Notes: generated by a model from the sequence alone, not told the origin. A DNA stretch of 64,000 bases from a virus (IMGVR_UViG_3300020576_004709:1-64000); one strand, 5' to 3'. Shown: positions 25,961-35,183, counted from the first letter of the stretch. Made by a program: numbers and translations.

Positions 25961-26553
25961 GTATCCTTCGGCTTCTCGGCCGGCTTCACGTTGTCAAACG
26001 ATTCGGGCAAATGCTTTTCGGGGATGCGGGTCGCAATCCGCTCCTCCGGGGTCAACGGCTTGGGTGCCGGCATCGGCGGTTGCTCCGTCGTCGCCGGCCA
26101 CCCGCGAAACTGACAATACCGCTTCCAGATCCAACTCAGCAGCGACGCTTGGAAGTTCGCGTCGTCGCGCGCCCGCGTGAACAGGTTGCCGATTCCCGCG
26201 AGCACGACGTAGCCGCCGGCACCGGCGAGGACGATGATTGCGGCGGTGAAGCCCGGTCCGCTGCCGATGCTGAACAGCGAGCCGGACATCGTCACCGCCG
26301 CGCACCCGATGATTCCGGCGGCCATCATCCGGGCCAGCACGATCGGGATTCCCGTCGTCCAACTTCCGCCCGGCTTCGTCGGCCACTTCAAGCAACACGA
26401 GACGAAGGCCACGAACGTCGCGAGAACCGACACGACGAACATCTTCGCCCAATTCTCGCGAATCCAAGCCAACGTCGCGTCGTCGTTCGAAACCTGAGCT
26501 ATCAGGAAGATCGTCCCCCCGATCGCGAACTCGTGGGTCTGGTTGGAGTGCAT
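25957..26553 (-). CDS. multi-TM holin-like protein
   Basis: About four hydrophobic segments; GGAGG before MHSNQ; charged C-tail. Confidence 0.6.
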   Translation of the reverse strand: MHSNQTHEFAIGGTIFLIAQVSNDDATLAWIRENWAKMFVVSVLATFVAFVSCCLKWPTKPGGSWTTGIPIVLARMMAAGIIGCAAVTMSGSLFSIGSGPGFTAAIIVLAGAGGYVVLAGIGNLFTRARDDANFQASLLSWIWKRYCQFRGWPATTEQPPMPAPKPLTPEERIATRIPEKHLPESFDNVKPAEKPKDT

Positions 26554-26680
26554 GGCGATCCTCCATGAACGGTATTGCGAAATGGCGAAAAAAGCGGACA
26601 TTTTTGTTCCAGAAATTCGAGTCCCGGAATTGAACGAATTCTATTCTCCGGCGGCGAGACGCACAACCGCCGGGACCGCA

Positions 26681-27034
26681 TCAGACCCGGCCGCGAACGT
26701 GAACCAGATCCACGAGCGCGTCGAGCACGGGGTACTTGTTGCCCGCGTCGATCCGCCAGACGCCGAGCCGCACCTTGTTGATGTTCGTGAGGAACAGTTC
26801 CGATTCGGCCTTCGTCACCGGCACGCGGATCTTGCCGGCTGCGTTGACCGTCGGCGTCACGGCCGGGTGCGCCCAATACGTTTCGGTCGCGTCGTCCGGC
26901 CCGAACCGCCCTTGCAGCGTGTAGCTGGCGACGTCGGCCGGGAGCGATCCGTACTTCGGGTCGAAGTCGAATTCGAGTTCCTGATCCGCGCCCCAATAGA
27001 GCACCTGACGCGGCAGCACGTTTTCGATGGACAT
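26681..27034 (-). CDS. tail/baseplate-associated small beta protein (BppU-like)
   Basis: G.D.ELEF...YTLQGR...GKIRVPVT..ES...Y.VLD...V. Confidence 0.55.
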   Translation of the reverse strand: MSIENVLPRQVLYWGADQELEFDFDPKYGSLPADVASYTLQGRFGPDDATETYWAHPAVTPTVNAAGKIRVPVTKAESELFLTNINKVRLGVWRIDAGNKYPVLDALVDLVHVRGRV

Positions 27035-27136
27035 GACTCAGTGCCACTTTCTGAGGATGTTGGACCAGGCGTACCAGGCCGAGGCGACCGGGGCGGCCGG
27101 TGCGAACCACCCTGACTGAATAGGGAGTCGATCGGT

Positions 27137-28786
27137 CTACGTCGAACGCGGGACCGACGGCAGCAACCAGACGGACACCGGGTTCCCGGCGAGCGACCAC
27201 GTCCCCGAGACGACGTAATCGGGGACGAACAGCGGTATGAGAGCGTGCAACTCGGCCGGGCCAGCGACCAGCGAGACGGCCGCCGTTCGAACCGAACCGG
27301 AGAAAATCGCCGAGGCCGCGAGGGAAGCGCCGCCCGAGACGAGGACAACCGCCGCGGTAAACGACACGTTCGAGGTCGTCACCGCCGCCGCGAGCACGGC
27401 CGGCGGTGCGGCCAGCGCGACGGAGGCCGAGTAGACGGGCTTGGCGAAGCTCGCGATCGACGCCAGGCTCGCGGGACCGGCCGCCAGCGCCGCCGAGGCG
27501 GTGTAGGCCGGCTTGTTGAAATCCACCAACGCGGCGAACGTGGCCGGGCCGACGGTGAGGGTCGCGACCGCCGCGTAAGTCGGCTTGGCGAACGTTGCGG
27601 CCGCGCTCAGGGTCGCCCCGGCCGCGTTCAGGGACACCGCCGCCGAGTACACCGGCTTCGAGAACGTGGCGGCCGCCGCCAGCGCCGCCGGGCCGCAGGT
27701 GAACGAGGCCGCAGCGGTGAACGATGGCTTCGTAAACGTGCTGGACGCCGCGAGGACGGCGGGGGCGGCCGCGAGCGAGGCGACCGCGCTGTACGTCGGC
27801 TTCGTGAAGGTCGCGGACGCGGCGAAGGCGATCGACCCGGCGGCGAACGTCGCCGAGGCCGTGTACGAGGGCTTGGTGAACTTCGAGGTCGCGGCCAGCG
27901 CCGCGTGGCCGGCCAGGAGCGCGGCCGATGACGTGTAGCTCGGTTTCGTGAACGTCGCCGAGGCCGCGAGAGCCGCCTTGCCCGCCGTGAGTCCGACGGT
28001 TGCCGTGAAAACGGTGTTGGGCGCCTTCGTCGATCGCTTCGGCGGGTGAGGAGTGACGAACGCAAAAGGCGACCGCGCCCAAGCCTCCATCTGCCCCCAG
28101 GAGAGCGAGCCGTGCAGCACGGCGGCCATGTACACCGGGCCGCACCACTGGCGGGAAGTATCGAACGAATCGACCCCGATGTACCAATCGCTGATGGTCG
28201 GGGTCGACCATGTCTGATTCGTCGAATACCGCTTGCCGTTCATCCAGATTCGGACGTCGCCGTTCGGTGCCTGAGTGCCCGCCAACGCGATGACTTTCTC
28301 GCGGTCCGGCGTTAGCTGAGTGTCCTGCGCCCACCCGCCCCATCCCTTCGTCGAAATCGTCAGCGTCGCCGATCCGAACGTCCACATGAGGCCGTTCAGA
28401 CCGTCGGACCGGGTCATGATGAGACACCGGTTGCTGCTGGTTCCCCCGGCGGTGGGATAGCGGAAGAGGCCGAGGAAGCTGATGCCACGGGAATACACCG
28501 TGCGCCGAAGGCCCGTGCAGTTCGCGTAGTTTCCGCTCGTCGTGTTCAGGTCGAGACAGGGGATTCCGTCGGGCGAACCGTTCCACTTCGCCCGGCTGGA
28601 TTCCGTGGCGTGCATCGTGATCGGAGTAGAGACACCGCTAACCAAATCCGTGATCCGACCGCCGGCCCCCTCGTTGAACAGCCAGCAGGCCGAAACGAGG
28701 TTCCCGACCGGGTTCAACCGGTTGATGACCGCCATTCCTCGCGGCGGCTTCGTTCGCCCACCGGCGGGAAGACGCGGCGTAATCAT
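27137..28786 (-). CDS. LamG/concanavalin-like domain plus Ala-rich repeat region (tail fibre-like)
   Basis: LVSACWLFNEGAGG...DLVSG, W..GR...LAGT...RIWMNG...IG....W.G.VY.AAV; about ten 24-aa FTKPSY-type repeats. Confidence 0.75.
   Translation of the reverse strand: MITPRLPAGGRTKPPRGMAVINRLNPVGNLVSACWLFNEGAGGRITDLVSGVSTPITMHATESSRAKWNGSPDGIPCLDLNTTSGNYANCTGLRRTVYSRGISFLGLFRYPTAGGTSSNRCLIMTRSDGLNGLMWTFGSATLTISTKGWGGWAQDTQLTPDREKVIALAGTQAPNGDVRIWMNGKRYSTNQTWSTPTISDWYIGVDSFDTSRQWCGPVYMAAVLHGSLSWGQMEAWARSPFAFVTPHPPKRSTKAPNTVFTATVGLTAGKAALAASATFTKPSYTSSAALLAGHAALAATSKFTKPSYTASATFAAGSIAFAASATFTKPTYSAVASLAAAPAVLAASSTFTKPSFTAAASFTCGPAALAAAATFSKPVYSAAVSLNAAGATLSAAATFAKPTYAAVATLTVGPATFAALVDFNKPAYTASAALAAGPASLASIASFAKPVYSASVALAAPPAVLAAAVTTSNVSFTAAVVLVSGGASLAASAIFSGSVRTAAVSLVAGPAELHALIPLFVPDYVVSGTWSLAGNPVSVWLLPSVPRST
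27270..28000 (-). repeat. 72-bp/24-aa degenerate tandem repeats
   Basis: FTKPSY, FTKPSY, FTKPTY, FTKPSF, FSKPVY, FAKPTY, FNKPAY, FAKPVY spaced 24 aa apart. Confidence 0.85.
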
Positions 28787-29400
28787 GTAATGGTGTCGGA
28801 ATCGTAGGTTTGGGCGAGGCAGTGAAAGACGAGGGATTGGCCGCTGTTGTTGACCGGCGTGATTTCGTAGACGTCGCCGCCGGGCAACCAGATCGGAGCG
28901 CCGACGTCCGCTTGGTTCGTGACGCGGTCCCCGCTGTTGTGGGTGACGAGAAAGTTCCGATCGGTCGCGATGGTCGCGCTCGTCAGGTCGATAACCTTCA
29001 CGAACTCGACGCGGTTCGCGCTCGTGTCGTCGGAGTGCAGGCAGGCCCACTGGTCGGCGGCGTAGCCGGTGCCGGAGGCCAGGACGACAGTATTCGTTCC
29101 CGACGTCCCGCCGCTGGAAACCGTCGTCGAGTTGGCCGCGACGATCGACGACACGAAATCGAAGGCGGAATTCGGGAACTGGAACGATGCGTTTTGATTG
29201 TGCGACCGGCGAATCGCGATGTACCCCGAGCGAGTCAGGGCAGTCGCGGCACGCCGGCCGATCATGGGGTAGAGAAACGCCCCGAACTTCGTCTTCAAGT
29301 CGAGCGTTTGAAGGGTGCCGAGCGTGAGTCCCGACGCGAGAACTAACGGCGCGATAACCGTGCTGAAAGTCGGAGAGGTTGGAGTGACCACGTTCGGCAT
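28783..29400 (-). CDS. virion structural protein (hypothetical)
   Basis: Thr/Ser/Gly-rich beta composition within the tail region. Confidence 0.6.
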   Translation of the reverse strand: MPNVVTPTSPTFSTVIAPLVLASGLTLGTLQTLDLKTKFGAFLYPMIGRRAATALTRSGYIAIRRSHNQNASFQFPNSAFDFVSSIVAANSTTVSSGGTSGTNTVVLASGTGYAADQWACLHSDDTSANRVEFVKVIDLTSATIATDRNFLVTHNSGDRVTNQADVGAPIWLPGGDVYEITPVNNSGQSLVFHCLAQTYDSDTIT

Positions 29401-29410
29401 CGGGCGATCC

Positions 29411-29731
29411 TTACGGCGACGGCGGCAAGAGGTTCCACTGCTGGACGGTCACGTTCGGCGCGACTTGCTGGACCGTCAGCGGGACCGGGACGTAGGGCGA
29501 CTGGTAGCCGGGCACCGAGGCCGACGCCGTCCGCCAACCGCTGTAGGTGAACTGCGGCCCCATCGTCTGGAGCGAGTTGGCCACGTTCGTCATTTGCTCG
29601 TTGACCGCGTTCCGCACGGCCACCGCGCCGGCCGAGACGCCCATCACCATCACGCCGGCGAGCAACGTCCATTCGACGGCGAGGATTGCTCCCGCGTCGT
29701 CGTTCCACAGTTTTCGCAGCAATCGGAGCAT
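29411..29731 (-). CDS. Flp-family (type IVb) pilin, planctomycete type
   Basis: MLRLLRKLWNDDAG|AILAVEWTLLAGVMVMGVSAGAVAVRNAVNEQM..VA..L... Confidence 0.8.
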   Translation of the reverse strand: MLRLLRKLWNDDAGAILAVEWTLLAGVMVMGVSAGAVAVRNAVNEQMTNVANSLQTMGPQFTYSGWRTASASVPGYQSPYVPVPLTVQQVAPNVTVQQWNLLPPSP

Positions 29732-29766
29732 GGTGACTACCTTCTTCGTTCGCCGGCAAGGGGGAA

Positions 29767-30231
29767 TCAGCGGAGTCGATCGAGCGTTGCCGGTTCCCGC
29801 CCGAGGTCGAGTTCCTTCAAGTGCCAGAGCAGGTGGAACGCGGCGTCCCGCAGTTCCTTTTGCTCGGCCGGGATCGTGTCGAACAATCCCTGCATGGCCG
29901 CGATCTCGTGCGACCACGGAATCAGTTCGTCGAGTTGCTCGCGGTGCGCGTCTTCGAGCGGGACGAGGTCGTACACCGTCTCCGTTCGAGGCTCGCCGGC
30001 CGCGACCCGCCGCAGGAGCTTCAACCGGTCGCCGTCGGTCCGCGTCGAGGCCGGCAGTTCCCACCAGTGGTCGACGGCCACGAGACACGCGAGCATCGAG
30101 TCGCGCACCGGACCCGGCGCGGAGGCCGCGAGTTGGCGGTAGCGATCCAACGATTCGTCGGTCAGGACCGGTGCCAGGCACGCGAAGGGGATCGGCTTGC
30201 CTTCGAGTTTCGCCGCGGCTGATTCGCTCAT
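29767..30231 (-). CDS. hypothetical protein (154 aa)
   Basis: IPWSHE...LF..I...ELRDAAFHLLWH.KEL..GREP.T.D; in-operon position. Confidence 0.7.
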   Translation of the reverse strand: MSESAAAKLEGKPIPFACLAPVLTDESLDRYRQLAASAPGPVRDSMLACLVAVDHWWELPASTRTDGDRLKLLRRVAAGEPRTETVYDLVPLEDAHREQLDELIPWSHEIAAMQGLFDTIPAEQKELRDAAFHLLWHLKELDLGREPATLDRLR

Positions 30232-30248
30232 TGGTTGTCCCCACCCCG

Positions 30249-30689
30249 TTAGCTGATCGGCATGGTGTGCGTCGCCGACGAGACGGCGATAATTCCGCCC
30301 GCGACGACGACCGAGTTATCGAAGTTGAAATCCCCGCTTCCTTGCCCGCACGTCGCGTCCGAGTGGATCGCGGCCCCGCTCGTCAGCAGCCGCGCGTGGC
30401 CGGCGGTCCCGCTGTTGTCCGCGCTCGTGTCCGACGTGATCGCGTTGGCGGTCGCGACCCCCGTCGACGAGGCCCCGAACGCCGTCGAGTTGAACGTCAG
30501 CGTGCCGAGGAGCGTGCCCTGCGCGGCGTCGCCGACGTTGGTCGGGACGCTGCCGGTTCGGATCTGGATCGTGCCGGAGTTGAGGAGCGCGACCCCCGCA
30601 TCGTTCATCGCGTTGCGGGTGGCCGTCGCGAGTCGGTACGAGAGACCGCCAGCGAGCAGGGCGAGGATGAGGACGGCGATGAAGGACAT
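30249..30689 (-). CDS. conserved phage virion structural protein with hydrophobic N-terminus
   Basis: RNA..DA...LL.SG.I.I.TG..P...D...GTLL..L....AFG...G...A.AI..D..A..SGTA..AR. Confidence 0.7.
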   Translation of the reverse strand: MSFIAVLILALLAGGLSYRLATATRNAMNDAGVALLNSGTIQIRTGSVPTNVGDAAQGTLLGTLTFNSTAFGASSTGVATANAITSDTSADNSGTAGHARLLTSGAAIHSDATCGQGSGDFNFDNSVVVAGGIIAVSSATHTMPIS

Positions 30690-30721
30690 GGCTTTGGCCC
30701 ACCCAGGTCACCGGGCTTGTG

Positions 30722-30991
30722 TCAGCCGGCCGGTTTCCCTGAGTCTACCGATTTGGCCACCGTCTCGCCAGCCGCCGGCGGGGATTTCGATTTGACTTCG
30801 AGGGGGATCGCGACGAACTTGCCGCACTTCGGATTGCAACCGTTCGACCGGCAGACGACGCCCTCGACCTTGAGGTTGTTGAAGGTCATGCCCGCGTTGC
30901 AGACCCGCCAGACGTGCGCGTGGCCGAGTCCGGTGTCCATCCGCTCCTGACCGGTCAGTTCCCGACCCTCGTTCTTGCAGAATGGTTCCAT
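30722..30991 (-). CDS. small Cys-containing hypothetical protein
   Basis: GGAG upstream; C...C..CRSNGCNPKC. Confidence 0.5.
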   Translation of the reverse strand: MEPFCKNEGRELTGQERMDTGLGHAHVWRVCNAGMTFNNLKVEGVVCRSNGCNPKCGKFVAIPLEVKSKSPPAAGETVAKSVDSGKPAG

Positions 30992-30993
30992 GG

Positions 30994-31368
30994 CTAAAGC
31001 TCCTCGGCGAATAGTACGGTCATGTTGAACATCGCGCCCCAATCGGGATGCCGCCAAATGAGGTCGCGCCATTCGTTTTGCATCTTCTCCAACTCGTTAT
31101 AGGCCCTCGCCCCGTCGCCCTTCTTGTAATCGGCCTCGGCCTGACGGTAGGCCGCCGAGCCGATCGGCCCCTTCGTCGAGGCGTGGGCCGAACGCTCGAA
31201 CTTGAAGCTCGCGATCTTCACCTGAGACTGGCCGGCGATCTCCCGGAGCCGGAGCCGGTCGACCCGATCGGCGTAGCTCGAATGGAAGTTGCCGGCGGCG
31301 AGCGCCAGCAGGCAGACGGCCGAGACCGCGCAGCCGAATCGAACCGAGAAGGGAGTGCGTTCGTTCAT
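30994..31368 (-). CDS. hypothetical protein with N-terminal TM segment
   Basis: FGCAVSAVCLLALAAG; GAGGG upstream. Confidence 0.6.
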   Translation of the reverse strand: MNERTPFSVRFGCAVSAVCLLALAAGNFHSSYADRVDRLRLREIAGQSQVKIASFKFERSAHASTKGPIGSAAYRQAEADYKKGDGARAYNELEKMQNEWRDLIWRHPDWGAMFNMTVLFAEEL

Positions 31369-31388
31369 GGTGAGACCCTCGAAAAACC

Positions 31389-32072
31389 TCATACTTGGAT
31401 TCGGTAGTTGCCGGGCGGTCCGGGGTTCGCCGACTTGTAGGCGGCCGTCATGTCGCGCTGGCCGCTCAGGTGGAAATCGGAGAAACCCCAGGTGTAAACG
31501 TAGAAGACTTCATCCGGTTCATTCGCTCCGATCTTCCGGGGATTGCATTTGAGGTTCATTTTTGCCCAGGAATCCGCCGCCGCGTCGTGGCCGTGCGAAG
31601 TGTCCGAGTACCGGCCGAACATGGATGACAGCTTGTAGGCGCTCGCGTGGTGCATGACGCCCTTGCCGTCGAGAACGCGATCTTGGCCGTTCTGGTGGAA
31701 CCAGACCATGCCGGGATTCCAGTATTCGAATCCTTCCAGGTGCTTCGCGCTCGACTTCATCCGGTGGGGCAACGAACGATCGTCGTCTTCCCACATCATG
31801 CCGATTTCCGCGCCGCGGTGCCGCGCGAGGGCGATCATGATGTTGCATTTCACGCCGAGCGACGTCGCCCGCTCGCCCATGTTGACGCACCAAACATTCG
31901 GATGGCGGCAGGTCAGGACGTGTCCGGGCGCATCGTTCGCGACGATCAGGATTCGGCGGTCGGCCGGGTAGTCCTGATCCAAGAAGTCCCGGACGGCGTC
32001 CTTGATAAGCTCGGGCTGGCGCGACGCGCGGCCGAACGTCGGCATCAGGGCGGCGATCATGGGCGGCGTCAT
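31389..32072 (-). CDS. GT-A (family 2-like) glycosyltransferase
   Basis: AALMPTFGR...AVRDFL.QDYP...LIVAND...SLG.K.N......MWEDDD.SLP.R. Confidence 0.85.
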   Translation of the reverse strand: MTPPMIAALMPTFGRASRQPELIKDAVRDFLDQDYPADRRILIVANDAPGHVLTCRHPNVWCVNMGERATSLGVKCNIMIALARHRGAEIGMMWEDDDRSLPHRMKSSAKHLEGFEYWNPGMVWFHQNGQDRVLDGKGVMHHASAYKLSSMFGRYSDTSHGHDAAADSWAKMNLKCNPRKIGANEPDEVFYVYTWGFSDFHLSGQRDMTAAYKSANPGPPGNYRIQV

Positions 32073-32314
32073 CGGCGGTTCCTTCGATGGGCTTGTTCGG
32101 CGACGATGTCGAAGAACTCGACCCGCTTGCCTTCCAGTTGCAACCGCAGGTCGCGGATTTCGACGGCCAGGACGTCGACGCGGCGTTCCAGTTCTTCGTC
32201 GGTCTGCGGGGCCGGCTGCGAATAGACGCCGTGGATCGCCGGATCGTAGGACGGCGCGTCGACCCATTCCTTGCCGGTCCAGATGTAGCCGCATTGTCCG
32301 GTTGCCGCGCTCAT
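32069..32314 (-). CDS. hypothetical protein (81 aa)
   Basis: GGAGG upstream; 4-nt overlap with the GT gene. Confidence 0.55.
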   Translation of the reverse strand: MSAATGQCGYIWTGKEWVDAPSYDPAIHGVYSQPAPQTDEELERRVDVLAVEIRDLRLQLEGKRVEFFDIVAEQAHRRNRR

Positions 32315-32318
32315 CCGA

Positions 32319-32543
32319 TCAGTTCCTCCAGACTCCCGGTTCGACCCGGCCCGCGATGTTCGAAGCGATGATGCGTTCGGCGTCGTTGATGGACTTGCGA
32401 AAATCGTTGACGTCGTCCGCGTCGACGGTCCCCAACTCGACGAAAGCGTTCCAGGCCGCAACCAGATGGTCCAGAACCTTCCGTTCCGCGACCGTGAATC
32501 CATGCCCGGTTTCTTCTTGGGTCGGCGTTTCTTCGTCAGCCAT
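32319..32543 (-). CDS. hypothetical protein (74 aa)
   Basis: E..VLDHLV.AWNAFV.L...DD..DFR..I..A..IIA..RV.P pattern. Confidence 0.65.
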   Translation of the reverse strand: MADEETPTQEETGHGFTVAERKVLDHLVAAWNAFVELGTVDADDVNDFRKSINDAERIIASNIAGRVEPGVWRN

Positions 32544-32796
32544 GTTTGCCTCCCTGATCCCGCTTCTCGATCCCGCGCTGCTGCAACTTCAGCATCGCGT
32601 AATGGACATGGGTTTCCAGCGGTTCCAGGCTGAAATCTTCCCAAGCCCGCTTGGGCGGCATCAGCAGGAATTCGACGACTTCGGTCAGGTCGCCCGACCA
32701 AAGGGACACGGTTATCATCGTCGGGGCTTTGGTCGTGTCGATGCTGAACCGGCGGTCCGTGCAACGCGACTTCCAAGTCATCAGCTTTTCGAACAC
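32536..32796 (-). CDS. hypothetical protein (86 aa)
   Basis: GTG start after GAGGT; coupled to its neighbour. Confidence 0.55.
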   Translation of the reverse strand: MFEKLMTWKSRCTDRRFSIDTTKAPTMITVSLWSGDLTEVVEFLLMPPKRAWEDFSLEPLETHVHYAMLKLQQRGIEKRDQGGKHG

Positions 32797-32803
32797 GGCA
32801 ACC

Positions 32804-32941
32804 TCACCGGGCGAAGAAGAAATGGTAGATCGCCATGCCCAGCGCGACGGCCAAGACGATCAGGAAGATCAGCAGGAACAGGCAGCGGCGCAGGTCGCGT
32901 TCCAACGCGCGGCCGAAGTCGATGAAGGTAACGCGGCTCAT
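32804..32941 (-). CDS. small single-TM protein (45 aa), below the ORF-track cut-off
   Basis: MSRVTFIDFGRALERDLRRCLFLLIFLIVLAVALGMAIYHFFFAR*; ATG overlaps the upstream TGA. Confidence 0.65.
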   Translation of the reverse strand: MSRVTFIDFGRALERDLRRCLFLLIFLIVLAVALGMAIYHFFFAR

Positions 32942-33258
32942 TTCAATTCCTTCGCGGCGAAGTTCCGGCAAAGTTCTTGAAGCTCCGGATGCTTGGGGTT
33001 GACCCAGCGGTCGTCCCCGACGTCGCAGACCTTGATCTTGTCAGCATACGCGGCCGGGATTTGCTTCGCAAACTTGCCTTCCATGACGACGACGACTTCC
33101 GCCCAGCGGCAAAGCGTGTCCATCAGTTCCGGGCCGGCCGTCGACCAGCCGATGCAGACCGCGTCGCGCTCGAATTCTTCCTTCAGAACCCAAGCCATCG
33201 CCGCGCTACGACTGTTCCCCCGCAGGCAGACCGCCAGAATCCGCTGCGGGGACATCAC
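32938..33258 (-). CDS. low-molecular-weight phosphatase/ArsC-fold protein
   Basis: ILAVCLRGNSRS (CX5RS P-loop), WAEVVVVME, D+G.D. Confidence 0.8.
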   Translation of the reverse strand: MMSPQRILAVCLRGNSRSAAMAWVLKEEFERDAVCIGWSTAGPELMDTLCRWAEVVVVMEGKFAKQIPAAYADKIKVCDVGDDRWVNPKHPELQELCRNFAAKELK

Positions 33259-35183
33259 TGTTTTTGGACGGGGTTCCCGTCTTCATCCTTTTTCCACGTC
33301 CCGATGGGGCATTCCTCGGCCGCCCAACTGGCCTTCTTCTGGACCGGACAGCCGCATTTGCCGCAGACATCGGCGAAGCGCTGCGGGCAGACCAGGCAAA
33401 GCTCGATCCGCCGATTGTATTCGCCCTCGGACGTCGGCGCGGCCCCGTTCGCCGCGTGCCGGACGACGGCCCGGAAGAAGCCCAACGCCTGGCGGGCGAT
33501 GTTCGGCGGCGCGGTCTTGTCCCGGTCGTCGCGGCTGATGACCGTCAGGCCGTTGTTGTTGCGGTCCCGGCGGATCATCGTCCATTCGGGATGTTCGACG
33601 AGCCAGCGGCGGATCGCCGGCATCACGCCGGGCTTGTCGCCGTACAGTTCCCCGAAAATCTCGGTGTCGTGGAAGACGATGTAGCGCGAGACCTTCGGCG
33701 CGTGCAGGCTCAGTTCCGCGTACACCCGCTCGGCCGTGTGCGGGTCGGTGTCGACGAGGAGCACGTCGCAATCCTCGGCCTCGCCCTTCGTCGTGTCGGC
33801 CGCCCGCATTTCGTACCGCGTGCCGGGCAAGTCGCGCGCGACGTACTTCGCGAGCTTCCGGGCCTTCGCCGTGTTGACGAGGTCGTAAGTCACCAGGCTC
33901 GCCGGCTTGCCCGCGAGCAGGGCCGTCGTGCTGACGCCGAATCGCGTGCCCAACTCGACGACGCGGGCCGTCGGTCCGACCGTCTCGACGAGCGCCCGCA
34001 GCGTGGGCAAATGCTCGTTGATGTCGGACGGCTCGGCGCAGACGCGGGCGAACTCGACTTCGAGCACGTCGCCCTCGGCGAGCGGGGCATCGGCGGCCTT
34101 CGCGTTCTCCGCGCACGGCGTGTTCGGTTGGCACGGCGTCTTGGCCGGTCCCGCGAATACCGGGAACGCGACCGGCGGCGGCTGGACGGCCGGCGCGTGC
34201 GGGTCGCCGCGGAGCGCGGCTTCGGTCCACGAAGCCGGCACGAGGCCCGTCCCGATGAAGTGTTCCCGCAAGCGAGTCGGATCGAGGCCGAGTTCCGCGT
34301 GCCCGAGTTCGTAGTTGCGGTACTTCTGCCAGAGCGTGATGGGGTACTGGACGCCGCCGGGCCGCGCGAAGCGGTGCGACCACAGCATTCCCGAGACGCA
34401 CCAGACCTTCCGCCCGGCCTTGCGAAACTTCTCGTGGATGTACCATTCCTCGCCGCCGAATCCCGTGAAGCTGGGGTTGAACCCCAGGAACGACGACTTG
34501 CGGCACGCGAAGAGGCCCATGCCCTGCGCCGGGATCTCGAACCACTTCGCGACGGGCTTCGGCAATTCCGGCTGGTGCTTCGGCACCTTGTAGACCTGTT
34601 GCGTCTCCGGGTGGATACGCTCCTCGAAGTCGGTCGACGTCTCCCAAAGCATCTTGGGGAAGGCGTTGAAATCCCGCTGCCACCGCCCCCACATTTGCGA
34701 CGGGCGGCGCTCGGTCCGCTTCTCCTTCGTGTTCGGGTCCGTGATCTCGACGTCGTCGATCGGCCAGACGTCTTCGAAGTGGGTCGCCAGTTCGACGAAG
34801 TTGTCCATCAGCAGCGGGCCGTGAACCAGATCCTCGCTCTTCGGGTTCGCGTGGTAGAACTCGGCCAGCGATTCGAGAGCGCCGGCCGCGAGCATGATAT
34901 GGGAGTCCATGCAGACGACGTGTTCGAACCGCGCCTGCTCGAAAACCTGCTGCTTGGCGAGCGCCGGCCCCTTCGGTTCGGGGAACCGGACGTACCGCAC
35001 GCCCGGGCACTGGTTGCAGAAGTCCCGCGTCGTGCGGCCTTGATCGGAATCGGGGTTGTTGTCGATGACGATAATCTCGGCAATCCGCCGGCTGAAATAC
35101 AGCCGCAGCGCCTGCAACGTCATCCAGACCCCGTTGAAGTCGTCGTAAACCGGCATACCGACGCTGAAACGCAAACCGGACAT
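33255..35183 (-). CDS. three-domain protein: GT-A glycosyltransferase + class I SAM methyltransferase + C-terminal Cys-rich (DUF6171-like) domain
   Basis: SVGMPVYDD, VCMDSH, GLFACRK, GFGGEE, WSHRF; VVELGTRFGVST, D.LLVDT.H...L..HAPKV..YIVFHDT; R..LCL.CP...C.KCGC...K..W..E.CP.G.W. Confidence 0.88.
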   Translation of the reverse strand: MSGLRFSVGMPVYDDFNGVWMTLQALRLYFSRRIAEIIVIDNNPDSDQGRTTRDFCNQCPGVRYVRFPEPKGPALAKQQVFEQARFEHVVCMDSHIMLAAGALESLAEFYHANPKSEDLVHGPLLMDNFVELATHFEDVWPIDDVEITDPNTKEKRTERRPSQMWGRWQRDFNAFPKMLWETSTDFEERIHPETQQVYKVPKHQPELPKPVAKWFEIPAQGMGLFACRKSSFLGFNPSFTGFGGEEWYIHEKFRKAGRKVWCVSGMLWSHRFARPGGVQYPITLWQKYRNYELGHAELGLDPTRLREHFIGTGLVPASWTEAALRGDPHAPAVQPPPVAFPVFAGPAKTPCQPNTPCAENAKAADAPLAEGDVLEVEFARVCAEPSDINEHLPTLRALVETVGPTARVVELGTRFGVSTTALLAGKPASLVTYDLVNTAKARKLAKYVARDLPGTRYEMRAADTTKGEAEDCDVLLVDTDPHTAERVYAELSLHAPKVSRYIVFHDTEIFGELYGDKPGVMPAIRRWLVEHPEWTMIRRDRNNNGLTVISRDDRDKTAPPNIARQALGFFRAVVRHAANGAAPTSEGEYNRRIELCLVCPQRFADVCGKCGCPVQKKASWAAEECPIGTWKKDEDGNPVQKQ

